Below the pieces are notes generated by a model. The model was not told where the DNA came from, searched no databases, and worked only from the letters and a program-made list of their open reading frames with translations. A DNA stretch of 55,761 nucleotides from a virus (Duplodnaviria > Caudoviricetes): positions 1 to 55,761 of IMG/VR virus record IMGVR_UViG_3300033148_004574. One strand, given 5' to 3'. Positions within the stretch are counted from its first letter, which is position 1. Each line of letters begins with the position of its first letter. Of the stretch, positions 1-8,094 are shown in pieces. A program made the position numbers and the translations under genes.

Positions 1-49
1 ATTGCTAGAACCCCAGGGGCGGGTATCTCGATTGCAGTAGATCGAGGCA
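1..49. repeat. Terminal direct repeat (identical to 55713-55761 and to internal 54871-54919)
   Basis: ATTGCTAGAACCCCAGGGGCGGGTATCTCGATTGCAGTAGATCGAGGCA at both ends. The continuation at 50-150 matches what follows the internal repeat copy at ~53101-53170, consistent with a circular assembly. Confidence 0.9.
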
Positions 50-153
50 CTGTCCGAGAAGCTGGGCAGCCAGGCGCGGAGCTGGAGGCAGAGCGGGACG
101 CGAGAAGATATGGGGAAGGACAGAGAAGCAGTGCCTGGAGAGGCAGGGAGGGA

Positions 154-1083
154 ATGATGCCTAGCTGCGTGCAGATGCTGGAGAAACGCGGGCTGATCGC
201 ACCGCCGGGATTTGTGGCGGGGTCGGTGCAGTACGAGGCCATCACGGGCAGCGTTGCCTTTGGCGTCTCGACGGATACGAGCGACATGGATGTGTATGGC
301 TTCTGTATCCCGCCACGCGATCTCGTGTTCCCCCACCTGCGCGGCGAGATACCGGGCTTTGGCCGCCAGACGCAGCGGTTCAATCAGTACCAGCGCCATC
401 ATATCTACTGGGCCGATGCGCAGGGCGGCAAAGGGCGGAGCTATGATCTGGCCATCTACAATATCGTCCGCTATTTCGACCTGTGTATGCAGGGCAACCC
501 GAACATGGTGGACAGTCTCTTCGGGCCGGCCAACTGTGTGCTCCACTGCACCGGGATCGGGCAGCTGGTCCGTGACAACCGGAAGTTGTTTTTGCACAAG
601 GGCTGCTGGCCGCGATACAAAGGCTACGCCTACTCGCAGTTGCACAAGATCAAGACCAAAGAGCCAGAGGGCAAACGACTGGAGGTTGTGGAGCGGTACG
701 GTTGGGACGTGAAGTTTGGATATCACCTCGTGCGCCTGCTCAACGAGGCAGAGCAGATGCTCACTGAGCACGACCTGGACCTGACGCGGAACAGTGAACA
801 GCTCAAAGCCATTCGGCGTGGCGAGTGGTCGCTGGAGCAGGTCGAGACGTACTTTGTGGACAAGGAGCGCGAGCTGGAGGCGATCTATGCCAAGAGCACA
901 TTGCGGCAAGGGCCAGACGAAGAGGCAATCAAGGCGTTGCTGCTGACTTGCCTAGAGCGATTTTGGGGATCGTTGCCGGTGGTGTCTGAGGGGCGAGACC
1001 GCCAGGCGTTGCGCGAGATACGGGACGTGTTGGATCGGTGTGGAGTGGGAGCCAATGAGCGAACAGCCGCCGGTCTATGGTAA
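154..1083 (+). CDS. Pol-beta superfamily nucleotidyltransferase (YcgL/RlaP-like)
   Basis: GSVAFGVSTDTSDMDVYG motif; NPNMVDSLF; KFGYHLVRLL and LKAIRRGEW helical C-domain; SD GGAGG upstream. Confidence 0.8.
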   Translation: MMPSCVQMLEKRGLIAPPGFVAGSVQYEAITGSVAFGVSTDTSDMDVYGFCIPPRDLVFPHLRGEIPGFGRQTQRFNQYQRHHIYWADAQGGKGRSYDLAIYNIVRYFDLCMQGNPNMVDSLFGPANCVLHCTGIGQLVRDNRKLFLHKGCWPRYKGYAYSQLHKIKTKEPEGKRLEVVERYGWDVKFGYHLVRLLNEAEQMLTEHDLDLTRNSEQLKAIRRGEWSLEQVETYFVDKERELEAIYAKSTLRQGPDEEAIKALLLTCLERFWGSLPVVSEGRDRQALREIRDVLDRCGVGANERTAAGLW

Positions 1084-1486
1084 AAAGCGGTCCCGGATCG
1101 AGGTGGTGCCGGTGATTGGCACCGATAACGTCGCCGTGCGGATGCCGCGCGAGAGATGGCAAGAGCTGGCGATGTTTGACGAGGTTCTTGAGGCCCTCAT
1201 CAACACCGTCAATCAGGCGTGCCAGGTGAAGGTCGAGGACGGCAAGTGGATCATGGACCATATGGCCTTGAGCACCTACGAAGACGCGCTGTTCTTGCTG
1301 GAGCGTATGGGATACGCCAGAGAGATCGGGCACCGGCAGTATGAGCTGTTCTGGGTGAAGCAAGACGAAAGGATGACGCGTGGTCGAGACGAAGGGCGAG
1401 CCGATGGGGACCAAGGCGGCGGTGGCGTTCCTCCTGCGCATGGTGGCGGAATGGCACAGGAAGGAGCGAAGCGGTGTGCAAGCTGA
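1055..1486 (+). CDS. Hypothetical protein
   Basis: ORF overlapping the upstream stop; phage-like composition. Confidence 0.5.
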   Translation: MSEQPPVYGKKRSRIEVVPVIGTDNVAVRMPRERWQELAMFDEVLEALINTVNQACQVKVEDGKWIMDHMALSTYEDALFLLERMGYAREIGHRQYELFWVKQDERMTRGRDEGRADGDQGGGGVPPAHGGGMAQEGAKRCAS

Positions 1487-1561
1487 CGGAGATCGGGGCT
1501 GAGGCCATCTGTTGTGCCGCGCTGTGCTGGGCGCTGGGCGAGCGTGAGGTCGAAATTGTCA

Positions 1562-2416
1562 ATGAGCACCAGGGATAGAAGGTTCGCGACTCAGATGCTT
1601 TACTCCGCAGCCGGGCGGCCAGCAATAGCTGGCATTGAGCCGCATAGCGGGCGTTGCATTATCTGTGGCCGATCAATTTCATCTGGCGCACGCGCAGTAT
1701 TCCCCGACACGTTCATGGACTATGACAAGTTCATGGCGCCGGGAGAGACGCATATCTGTGACGCTTGCCTGTTCTCCATGACCGAGCGATCGGAAGATCT
1801 CGCGCTGCGTGTGGGCAAGGATAAACCACAGTGTATGCGTAACTACTCGCATTTCGTGCTCAGCGGCGATTGGCTGCCATTGAGCAAGGGGCAGAAGCGC
1901 GAGCAATATGAGACGCTCCTGAAAAAACCGGAGCTGGCTGTCATTGCGGTGAGTGGCCAGAAGCACCTGGTATTCCGCGCGCAACCGGGGACGTGGCAAG
2001 TGGAGGAACATCACGTGGTGCCGGATATTGCGAGGTTGCAGAGAATGACGGTCTGCTTGCAACCGTTATATGATGGTGGATTCAGCAAGGCAGAGATTGA
2101 GAGCGGCAATTATCGCTCGTATCGCATCCGGAAATACGGGGTAGATCGTTGGTATCACGATGACTTGCCGCTACGGACATGGCGCGGGAGTTCGCTTTTT
2201 GAGCTGGCGGTCTTTCTATTGCAGAAGGGGGATATCGGTGGAGGAGACGATTCGGGACAAGTGTGTAGTGCTGGCCTGGGCGCTGTGGCGCGGGATGGAC
2301 AGCGACTACAAGCGCAAGTACGCGCGGGTGATCTGGGACCAGTTTCAGGTCAGGATCGCGGGCGAGGCACAGACGACCAACAGCCTGAGCAAGTACGTCA
2401 ATCAGCTTTGTTCTAA
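1562..2416 (+). CDS. csf1: Type IV CRISPR-Cas large subunit Csf1 (Cas8-like)
   Basis: CIICG...CDAC zinc motifs, SGQKHL, FSKAEIESGNY, RGSSLFELAVFL; first gene of the csf operon; C-terminal tail overlaps cas11. Confidence 0.8.
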   Translation: MSTRDRRFATQMLYSAAGRPAIAGIEPHSGRCIICGRSISSGARAVFPDTFMDYDKFMAPGETHICDACLFSMTERSEDLALRVGKDKPQCMRNYSHFVLSGDWLPLSKGQKREQYETLLKKPELAVIAVSGQKHLVFRAQPGTWQVEEHHVVPDIARLQRMTVCLQPLYDGGFSKAEIESGNYRSYRIRKYGVDRWYHDDLPLRTWRGSSLFELAVFLLQKGDIGGGDDSGQVCSAGLGAVARDGQRLQAQVRAGDLGPVSGQDRGRGTDDQQPEQVRQSALF

Positions 2417-2642
2417 GCTTGGCGTTGGACAACTCGGGGATGGTGACGAGCTAGCAGAACTAGATGCGATTCTCAATTGTGGCCAGGATCGTGCGATTCT
2501 GCGCGCCATGCGTGAGGACACGGCGCTGATTGTGCTCAAGGTGCGGCTCCTAAATGAGGAACGAAAAGAGGAACGCGAGCAACGCTATCAACTTTGGCTG
2601 GAGGAGCAAGGGATTGGGGAGGATATCCAGGATGCGGAATGA
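2238..2642 (+). CDS. cas11: Type IV-B small subunit Cas11-like
   Basis: Helical ~134 aa protein (IWDQFQVRI...SLSKYVNQLCSKL) between csf1 and csf2. Confidence 0.7.
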   Translation: MEETIRDKCVVLAWALWRGMDSDYKRKYARVIWDQFQVRIAGEAQTTNSLSKYVNQLCSKLGVGQLGDGDELAELDAILNCGQDRAILRAMREDTALIVLKVRLLNEERKEEREQRYQLWLEEQGIGEDIQDAE

Positions 2643-3615
2643 GTGGTATGCGGGGGTGGTGACGGCCCTATCGAGTATCAGCCACATTGGGCCGGACGAG
2701 CGCGGCAAGCAGAGCGTGACAAGCTACTTTCGGCGAGAGAAGGTTGTACAGCCAGATGGCATGATAGAAGAGGTGCCGGTGGTTTCTGGCAACGGTATGC
2801 GCGGTCTCTTGCGCGACTGCGGTATGTGGCAGATGTGCCGTGCACTCGGCTATGGAGAGGAAGGTGGCAAGGTAAGCGGGCTGTCGCTGGAAGCGTTTCA
2901 CTTTCTCTTTTCGGGCGGCACGCTCACCAGCACAGGCGCGCGGGCTTTGGATGTAGGTCAGGCGCGTAGAATCCGTGAGCTACTCCCCCTCGTAGGGCTT
3001 CTGGGCGGTGCGGTGGGGAACCAGATCATGCCGGGGAAACTGCGAGTCGGCAAAATGCTCATAATCTGTCAGGAGACGGCACACCTTCTACCGACGTGGT
3101 GCCATACTGAGCCGCTGCTTTCGTTCTATGATTGTGTGCAGCAGGAGGCATTTACGCGCAAAGATGACGAGAAGGACGAGCGGCTACGGCAGATGATCGC
3201 GCCCGAAACGCGGAAATTGATTGAGGCCTCTACTGTTGCTAAGCAGCGCACGAAAGGAACCGACGCCGAAAAGCCGGACGCCGAGGTCGGGCAACACCAG
3301 CAAATGCGGTACTTTGTCGAGACCCTTGCCGCGGGGACACCGTTTTTCTGGGAGTTGGCTCTTGAAGATGTGACAGATGTGGAATACGATGCTTTCTGGT
3401 CGATGATGGTTGCTTTTGCACAGAAGCCATACATCGGCGGCAAGGCGGGTACGGGTCATGGCAAGGTGCAGATCGATTTTCGCAACTGGTTACGCATTGA
3501 TCCGAACCTAGCCGAGACCGAGCGGCTACCGGACGTGCCGCTTGGCACGCGCTATGAGACGCATTTGAAAGAGCATGGTGATGCTATTCGTGAGATGCTG
3601 GCGAAATGGGACTAG
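2632..3615 (+). CDS. csf2: Type IV backbone RAMP Csf2 (Cas7-like)
   Basis: TALSSISH; VPVVSGNGMRGLLRD; LFSGGTL; LPLVGLLGG; QMRYFVETLAAGT; G-loop IGGKAGTGHG. Confidence 0.9.
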   Translation: MRNEWYAGVVTALSSISHIGPDERGKQSVTSYFRREKVVQPDGMIEEVPVVSGNGMRGLLRDCGMWQMCRALGYGEEGGKVSGLSLEAFHFLFSGGTLTSTGARALDVGQARRIRELLPLVGLLGGAVGNQIMPGKLRVGKMLIICQETAHLLPTWCHTEPLLSFYDCVQQEAFTRKDDEKDERLRQMIAPETRKLIEASTVAKQRTKGTDAEKPDAEVGQHQQMRYFVETLAAGTPFFWELALEDVTDVEYDAFWSMMVAFAQKPYIGGKAGTGHGKVQIDFRNWLRIDPNLAETERLPDVPLGTRYETHLKEHGDAIREMLAKWD

Positions 3616-4274
3616 AACCACTCCAGGTACGGGCGTGGCTGCGCGCGCCGGTAGTCAGTGACGACTACCTACCACTGGATGGCATCTTGCTCTATCAGGC
3701 GAAGCGGCATGTGCTGATGCCAGAAGCGGCGCGCTTCCCCGGCGTGACGGCGGAATCGGCTAGCGTGCGTGTGCCGTTGGCCTGCCATGGTCATCACGCT
3801 GAGCATTGGTACTATGCCTGCTCTTTTGCGCAGTGGTCACAGCCAGTGGCATACGGCAAAGACCATTGGTCGAAGCGGCTAGACACGGCGCACATCGGCA
3901 TTGTTGATCTTGGCCGCAAGAGCAAGGTCCAGATCGGAAAAGGGCGATATCGCAGTTATCACATGCCAGTATTCTACCGTTCAGCTCTATCCGTTCACTG
4001 GTATTGTGTTGGCGATGCGGAGGATATCCGCGAGCTATTAGCCGACGTGTGGGCGATTGGCAAGAAGACGGCTCAGGGCTGGGGGCGCGTGGCGCGTTGG
4101 GAGGTGAGACCCTGGCCGACGGACTGGAGTGTGGAATGCAAAGGACGGCTCATGCGCGCGATCCCAGTCGGAGATGGCGAGGAACGTAACGCTCAAGTGC
4201 GTTTGCACGGCTTTCGCCCGCCCTACTGGAAAAGGGAGAATCAGACCGCATGCTGGATGCCAGCAAAGGCCTAG
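3606..4274 (+). CDS. csf3: Type IV RAMP Csf3 (Cas5-like)
   Basis: LPLDGILLY; WYYACS; GRYRSYHMP; WYCVGDAEDIRELL; IGKKTAQGWGRV G-loop; RPPYW. Confidence 0.88.
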   Translation: MGLEPLQVRAWLRAPVVSDDYLPLDGILLYQAKRHVLMPEAARFPGVTAESASVRVPLACHGHHAEHWYYACSFAQWSQPVAYGKDHWSKRLDTAHIGIVDLGRKSKVQIGKGRYRSYHMPVFYRSALSVHWYCVGDAEDIRELLADVWAIGKKTAQGWGRVARWEVRPWPTDWSVECKGRLMRAIPVGDGEERNAQVRLHGFRPPYWKRENQTACWMPAKA

Positions 4275-4711
4275 CGCTCTGTACGTGCGCGCTTTGCGGC
4301 CGCGGTTGTCCGGCGTGGCGGTTCTTCTGCTACTGGTGTAAGCAAAGGTGGGGACTCCTGAAACCATTTGGCCAGTGGCCGGAGTGGGCAAGAGAGCTAA
4401 AGCGCGACCATCAGCGGCGGCGGTATCACGAGCGGCAGATGCTAGAGCATGTGACGTTTTTCGCGTCGATGGAGGCTATGGAGCGTGCGCTGGGGCGGGA
4501 GGTGATTGCCGAGCCTGAGCCGATAGCGCCGCCGGAGCTGCGTGCGCGCGCAGATGCTGTGTTGGCCATACTGACCGAGAGACAACAAGACGCCGTGTTG
4601 TTGCGGCTGGGGTGCGGTCTGTCGTGGAGTGAGACGGGCCGAGCGTTGGGCGTAACGTATAGGGCTGCACAGGGCCTTGTGCGACGCGCTATGGAGCGAT
4701 TGGTAGCATGA
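4250..4711 (+). CDS. Zn-ribbon + sigma-70 region 4-like HTH protein
   Basis: CALC...CYWC then WPEWARELKR; C-terminal LTERQQDAVLLRLGCGLSWSETGRALGVT. Confidence 0.7.
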   Translation: MLDASKGLALCTCALCGRGCPAWRFFCYWCKQRWGLLKPFGQWPEWARELKRDHQRRRYHERQMLEHVTFFASMEAMERALGREVIAEPEPIAPPELRARADAVLAILTERQQDAVLLRLGCGLSWSETGRALGVTYRAAQGLVRRAMERLVA

Positions 4712-5517
4712 AAGGAGGTGACAACCATGCAGCAGCCACGCAAGCAAGAGGGCGGTCCAGGCGGCGGCTAGCCGTTACGGAAGTGGATTGCCTTCGGGGG
4801 CGGCTCCGGGCTTTTACGCGCAAGGTCGAGCGTGCCTTGGACGTGATCGCTGGGGCTGCCCCGCCCGTCGGCATTGCTTTCAGCGGGGGCAAGGATTCGA
4901 CGGTTGTGCTAGATCTCGTGCGGCGTGTTTTCCCGGATGCGCCGGCTGGGTTCTTTGATAGTGGCGCGGAACTGCAAGACACGCTGGATCTGGTAGCTGC
5001 CACAACGAATGTTCAGACGATCCCGGCACTTGACGGAGGTCTGATCGAGTTGTGCCGGCAAAATGGCTATTGGGGGCACGAGCCGGAGGCGGATGATCCG
5101 CAGCCGGTAGACTTTGCGGAGGCATTGATCTATGCCCCGGCGCGCGCGTTTGTTGAGCGGAACGGGTTGCAAACCGTTGCTCTTGGTTTGCGTGCGGGGG
5201 AGTCGGTGGGCCGCCGGTTCAATGCCATCAAGAAGGGCGAGCGCTATCGAGTCGCGGACGACGTAGCGCATCTTTGCCCAATTCAATGGTGGTCAGAGGA
5301 CGACGTATGGGCCTACATCGCGACGCGGGAATTGGCATACAACGCGGCATACGACAAGATGACTGCGCTGGGGGTCCCGCGCAAGCATCAGCGTATCTGT
5401 ACGAATCTGGGGACCGATGCGGCATCCTTTGGCCGATACGTATACCTGCGCCAGATAGACCCCGAGCTCTGGAATCGTCTGGCGGGGGAGTTCCCACTGA
5501 TTCGCAAGTATACGTGA
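4708..5517 (+). CDS. cysH: CysH/PAPS-reductase-like protein (type IV-B associated)
   Basis: PP-loop AFSGGKDSTV; LGLRAGES..R; PIQWWSEDDVWAYI; YNAAYDKM. Confidence 0.88.
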   Translation: MKGGDNHAAATQARGRSRRRLAVTEVDCLRGRLRAFTRKVERALDVIAGAAPPVGIAFSGGKDSTVVLDLVRRVFPDAPAGFFDSGAELQDTLDLVAATTNVQTIPALDGGLIELCRQNGYWGHEPEADDPQPVDFAEALIYAPARAFVERNGLQTVALGLRAGESVGRRFNAIKKGERYRVADDVAHLCPIQWWSEDDVWAYIATRELAYNAAYDKMTALGVPRKHQRICTNLGTDAASFGRYVYLRQIDPELWNRLAGEFPLIRKYT

Positions 5518-5633
5518 TCGGAGGCGAGGTGAGCGATGAGGGACAACCTGTTCGCGCCGCGGGCTACACTGTGTCGCTGTGTGCTGAGCTTCCTGCGTGA
5601 GGCGGGCCGCATTTTGAGCAGGTTCGGGGGCGC

Positions 5634-5930
5634 ATGAATCATTCGCTGTCGGCCCTTGGGCGATACGAGGAGCCGCCGCTTGGGGCAGGTGACGGACGCG
5701 ACTGGCTCCGGCACGAGCTGGCCTTCTGGGATTACGTTTCCGACGATTGCCGGCGGTTTCTTGACGTCCTCCCCCTGCGGCAGCGGAATGCGGTTGTGGC
5801 GGTGTACGGCTATCGCTACACGCTGGACCAGGCGGCCTACAAACTGGGCGTATCGCCGCGCACACTACAGCGTGACATAGCATGCGCGGCGGAGCTGGCA
5901 GAGAGGCGAGAAGAGCTACGACCGGGGTGA
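5634..5930 (+). CDS. Sigma-70 region 4-like HTH regulator
   Basis: LPLRQRNAVVAVYGYRYTLDQAAYKLGVSPRTLQRDI. Confidence 0.65.
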   Translation: MNHSLSALGRYEEPPLGAGDGRDWLRHELAFWDYVSDDCRRFLDVLPLRQRNAVVAVYGYRYTLDQAAYKLGVSPRTLQRDIACAAELAERREELRPG

Positions 5931-6055
5931 TCGTGGCTCTTCTGGTTGGGCCGTCGCGAAGACTCTGGATGTTAGGTGCTGTAGATCTCTTTGTCCAGCG
6001 GCGCCGTCCCGAGCAAGGGTTCGATAAACGTGATCATTATCTCATAGCGGTCCAT
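5930..6055 (-). pseudogene. Truncated/frameshifted 5' remnant of a putative phage stand-alone RAMP-like gene
   Basis: SD AAGGAG + ATG 6055: MDRYEIMITFIEPLLGTAPLDKEIYST then TAAC; removing one A gives Y-IQSLRDGPT. Confidence 0.45.
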
Positions 6056-6596
6056 GGTTCTCCTTTCGCAGCGCCTCAATATCTGAGCGCAACACGCGCT
6101 GACGTTTCTGGGGGTTGGGTTCCGTGATGTCAGGGTAGGCCATGATATCGCCCCGCCCGATGCGGTGACTGATGGCCTGTGTGGTGATGCCCAGCAGCCC
6201 GGCGGCCTCTGAGATGGTGATCAACTCGTCGCCCTGCACCTTGGCGAACGCCGCGGCAACCATCGCGCCCAGGTCGGTCTTCCAGAAGGCGCGTGGTATC
6301 TCGTATGACCCCAAGAGCGGCGATGAGAACAGCCGCTCCATCAGGTCTTGTATCCCTTCGTAAACGACTCCTCGATTCCACTCTGTCGGTTGTATGTCCC
6401 CGCTGGCCATACGCGCGATCTCCGCCAACTGGTCGGCCAGTGCGGAGGCGTACAGCACGGTCTCGGGAACGTGGGTGATTTGAATGCCGATAAACGCCTG
6501 CTCCATCTCCCAGCGGCGGCGTCGGTAGTATTGTAGGATGAACGCCTTGATGGCCTCGCGGTACTGCTCCGGTGTACGGCTCAAAACGTCTGTCAT
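6042..6596 (-). CDS. Protein with C-terminal excisionase/MerR-like HTH
   Basis: LITISEAAGLLGITTQAISHRIGRG...RVLRSDIEAL; SD AGGAGG at 6601-6606. Confidence 0.7.
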   Translation of the reverse strand: MTDVLSRTPEQYREAIKAFILQYYRRRRWEMEQAFIGIQITHVPETVLYASALADQLAEIARMASGDIQPTEWNRGVVYEGIQDLMERLFSSPLLGSYEIPRAFWKTDLGAMVAAAFAKVQGDELITISEAAGLLGITTQAISHRIGRGDIMAYPDITEPNPQKRQRVLRSDIEALRKENHGPL

Positions 6597-6627
6597 GATG
6601 CCTCCTACTCCAAAGCCCGCCTGAACT

Positions 6628-6951
6628 TCAGCTTTCCCAATCCCACGCCGAGCCGTCTTCCAACATCTTCGACCACTCTGCGATAGTGAATCGCGCCAAC
6701 TCGCGCGTAGGCCGGATGCGGTAGCCATCGTAGATTTCCGCTAGCACCTCGCCTTCAAGAATGACGAGATCGTCATCGTTATCCATCGCGTCCCAGGCCC
6801 CACCGAAACGGGATCCGCCGTCGCGACCGTCGGGACTCATTGAAACGGCCAGGCCTTCGCTTGCTCCATCGCCACCATCTGCGCTGTTCCAGGTTCTCAT
6901 CTCGTCGAAGCTGATGCCCTTGGTCTGGACCCTGAAAAAATGCTTTGCCAT
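6628..6951 (-). CDS. Hypothetical protein
   Basis: SD GGAGG and a consensus promoter directly upstream. Confidence 0.65.
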   Translation of the reverse strand: MAKHFFRVQTKGISFDEMRTWNSADGGDGASEGLAVSMSPDGRDGGSRFGGAWDAMDNDDDLVILEGEVLAEIYDGYRIRPTRELARFTIAEWSKMLEDGSAWDWES

Positions 6952-6987
6952 CTCGTGCCTCCCTCTGTCTCTCTGCCTTACATTGAT

Positions 6988-7016
6988 ATCATATCATAAC
7001 GTGCTCACGTTGTCAA
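6988..7016 (-). promoter_or_regulatory. Sigma-70 promoter with palindromic operator
   Basis: TTGACA-17-TATGAT on the minus strand; palindrome AACGTGCTCACGTT at 6998-7011 in the spacer. Confidence 0.7.
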
Positions 7017-7105
7017 GAGATTCTGAGAATGCAACGAAACCTGCAACCCGCCCGATTCTGCAAGGCATCCTGCACGGATTCTGCCGGATCCCGATCAGAA
7101 TCCTG

Positions 7106-7140
7106 TGTCGTGTTTGTCGTGTTTGTCGCGTCTGTCGTGC
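7106..7140 (+). repeat. Four tandem 9-nt repeats (TGTCGTGTT) upstream of a rightward operon
   Basis: TGTCGTGTT TGTCGTGTT TGTCGCGTC TGTCGTGC followed by a -10-like TGCTACGCT. Confidence 0.6.
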
Positions 7141-7181
7141 CAGGTGGTGCTACGCTGCGAGAGAGCACAATCGGAGGTGAC

Positions 7182-7400
7182 ATGCACACATACACATACG
7201 ATCCACGCGACCAGCTCGACAGCCGGATCGACCTGCAACGTGCCGTGGCCAGGTTGGACGCCATCGACCGGACGATTCTGGAGATGACGGTCGCCGGGTA
7301 CACGCAGGCTGAGATCGGAGAGCGGGTGGGAATGACGCATCAGGCGGTCGCGCTGCGGCTGGCATCAGTTCAGGGCAAGTTGGTGTGTTGGTTGACATAA
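7182..7400 (+). CDS. Sigma-70 region 4-like HTH regulator
   Basis: IDLQRAVARLDAIDRTILEMTVAGYTQAEIGERVGMTHQAV; SD GGAGGT. Confidence 0.75.
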   Translation: MHTYTYDPRDQLDSRIDLQRAVARLDAIDRTILEMTVAGYTQAEIGERVGMTHQAVALRLASVQGKLVCWLT

Positions 7401-7446
7401 CGCCTTGCAAAAGAGGGCGTTTTTGTGCTGTAGAAAGTGAGGGGGT

Positions 7447-7704
7447 ATGGCGTCTTTGGGCCGGTGCATGATCTGTGACAAGCGGATTGCGTGTGCGCAT
7501 GTCATATGTGCTGGCTGCGAGCGCGACTATGGGTTGGGTGGGCCGCGACGAGACTGGCCCGCTTGGGCCAAGGCCCTCTATCGAGAGTATCGCCAACAGC
7601 GGCGGTTGGAGAAGGATCGTCTTGCACACGAAGATGCCACCGAGCGGGGGGACGCAGTCTATAACATCTCTTGCTACGGGAACTTCAATGACGACGGGTG
7701 TTGA
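7447..7704 (+). CDS. Zn-ribbon protein, paralog of the N-terminal half of 4250-4711
   Basis: CMIC...CAGC then WPAWAKALYREYRQQRR. Confidence 0.6.
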   Translation: MASLGRCMICDKRIACAHVICAGCERDYGLGGPRRDWPAWAKALYREYRQQRRLEKDRLAHEDATERGDAVYNISCYGNFNDDGC

Positions 7705-7880
7705 TTCTCGGGTTGCAGCGCTCCGCGAGGGGCGGGCGTGGCCGATCTTTACGAGACAAGAGCCGCGGGCAACGGGTGATGCCTGGACGCGGCTGCTTGC
7801 TCTCTTGGATGACGCGAGCTGACCGGCCCAGAGCCGGCACAGTATACGGCCGCGTCATGCGCGGCTAGCCGAGTTGTTTT

Positions 7881-8064
7881 CCGAGTTTCTGACCGTTCAT
7901 CAGCGAGGGGGCGTCGTCACTAAGACGTTTGCGCGAGGTGCGGATGACTGCCGCGTAAACATCGCGCGCGCTAGCGACCTGGCGTGGACGGTCAAAAGCC
8001 CGTAAGGCCCGGAGTGCCTGGCCGTCACAGCGGTGACCTAGAGACCGTGACAGACTGAAATCGG
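7881..8064 (+). ncRNA. Candidate structured non-coding RNA
   Basis: Nested helices: CCGAGTTTC/GAAATCGG, TGACCGTTCA/TGGACGGTCA, GCGCGA/TCGCGC, GTCAC/GTGAC in an ORF-free gap. Confidence 0.4.
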
Positions 8065-8094
8065 GTGCCGGGGTGGCCCAGGGTGGAGGTGGAC

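Noticed and set aside
1-49. Biological direct terminal repeat of the virion DNA
   Set aside because: More likely an assembler overlap falling inside an internal repeat family; true ends would be expected near the terminase region.
4708-5517. Sulfate assimilation gene or Dnd phosphorothioation system
   Set aside because: No cysD/N/C or dndA/B/D/E partners; the context is the type IV-B accessory CysH-like gene.
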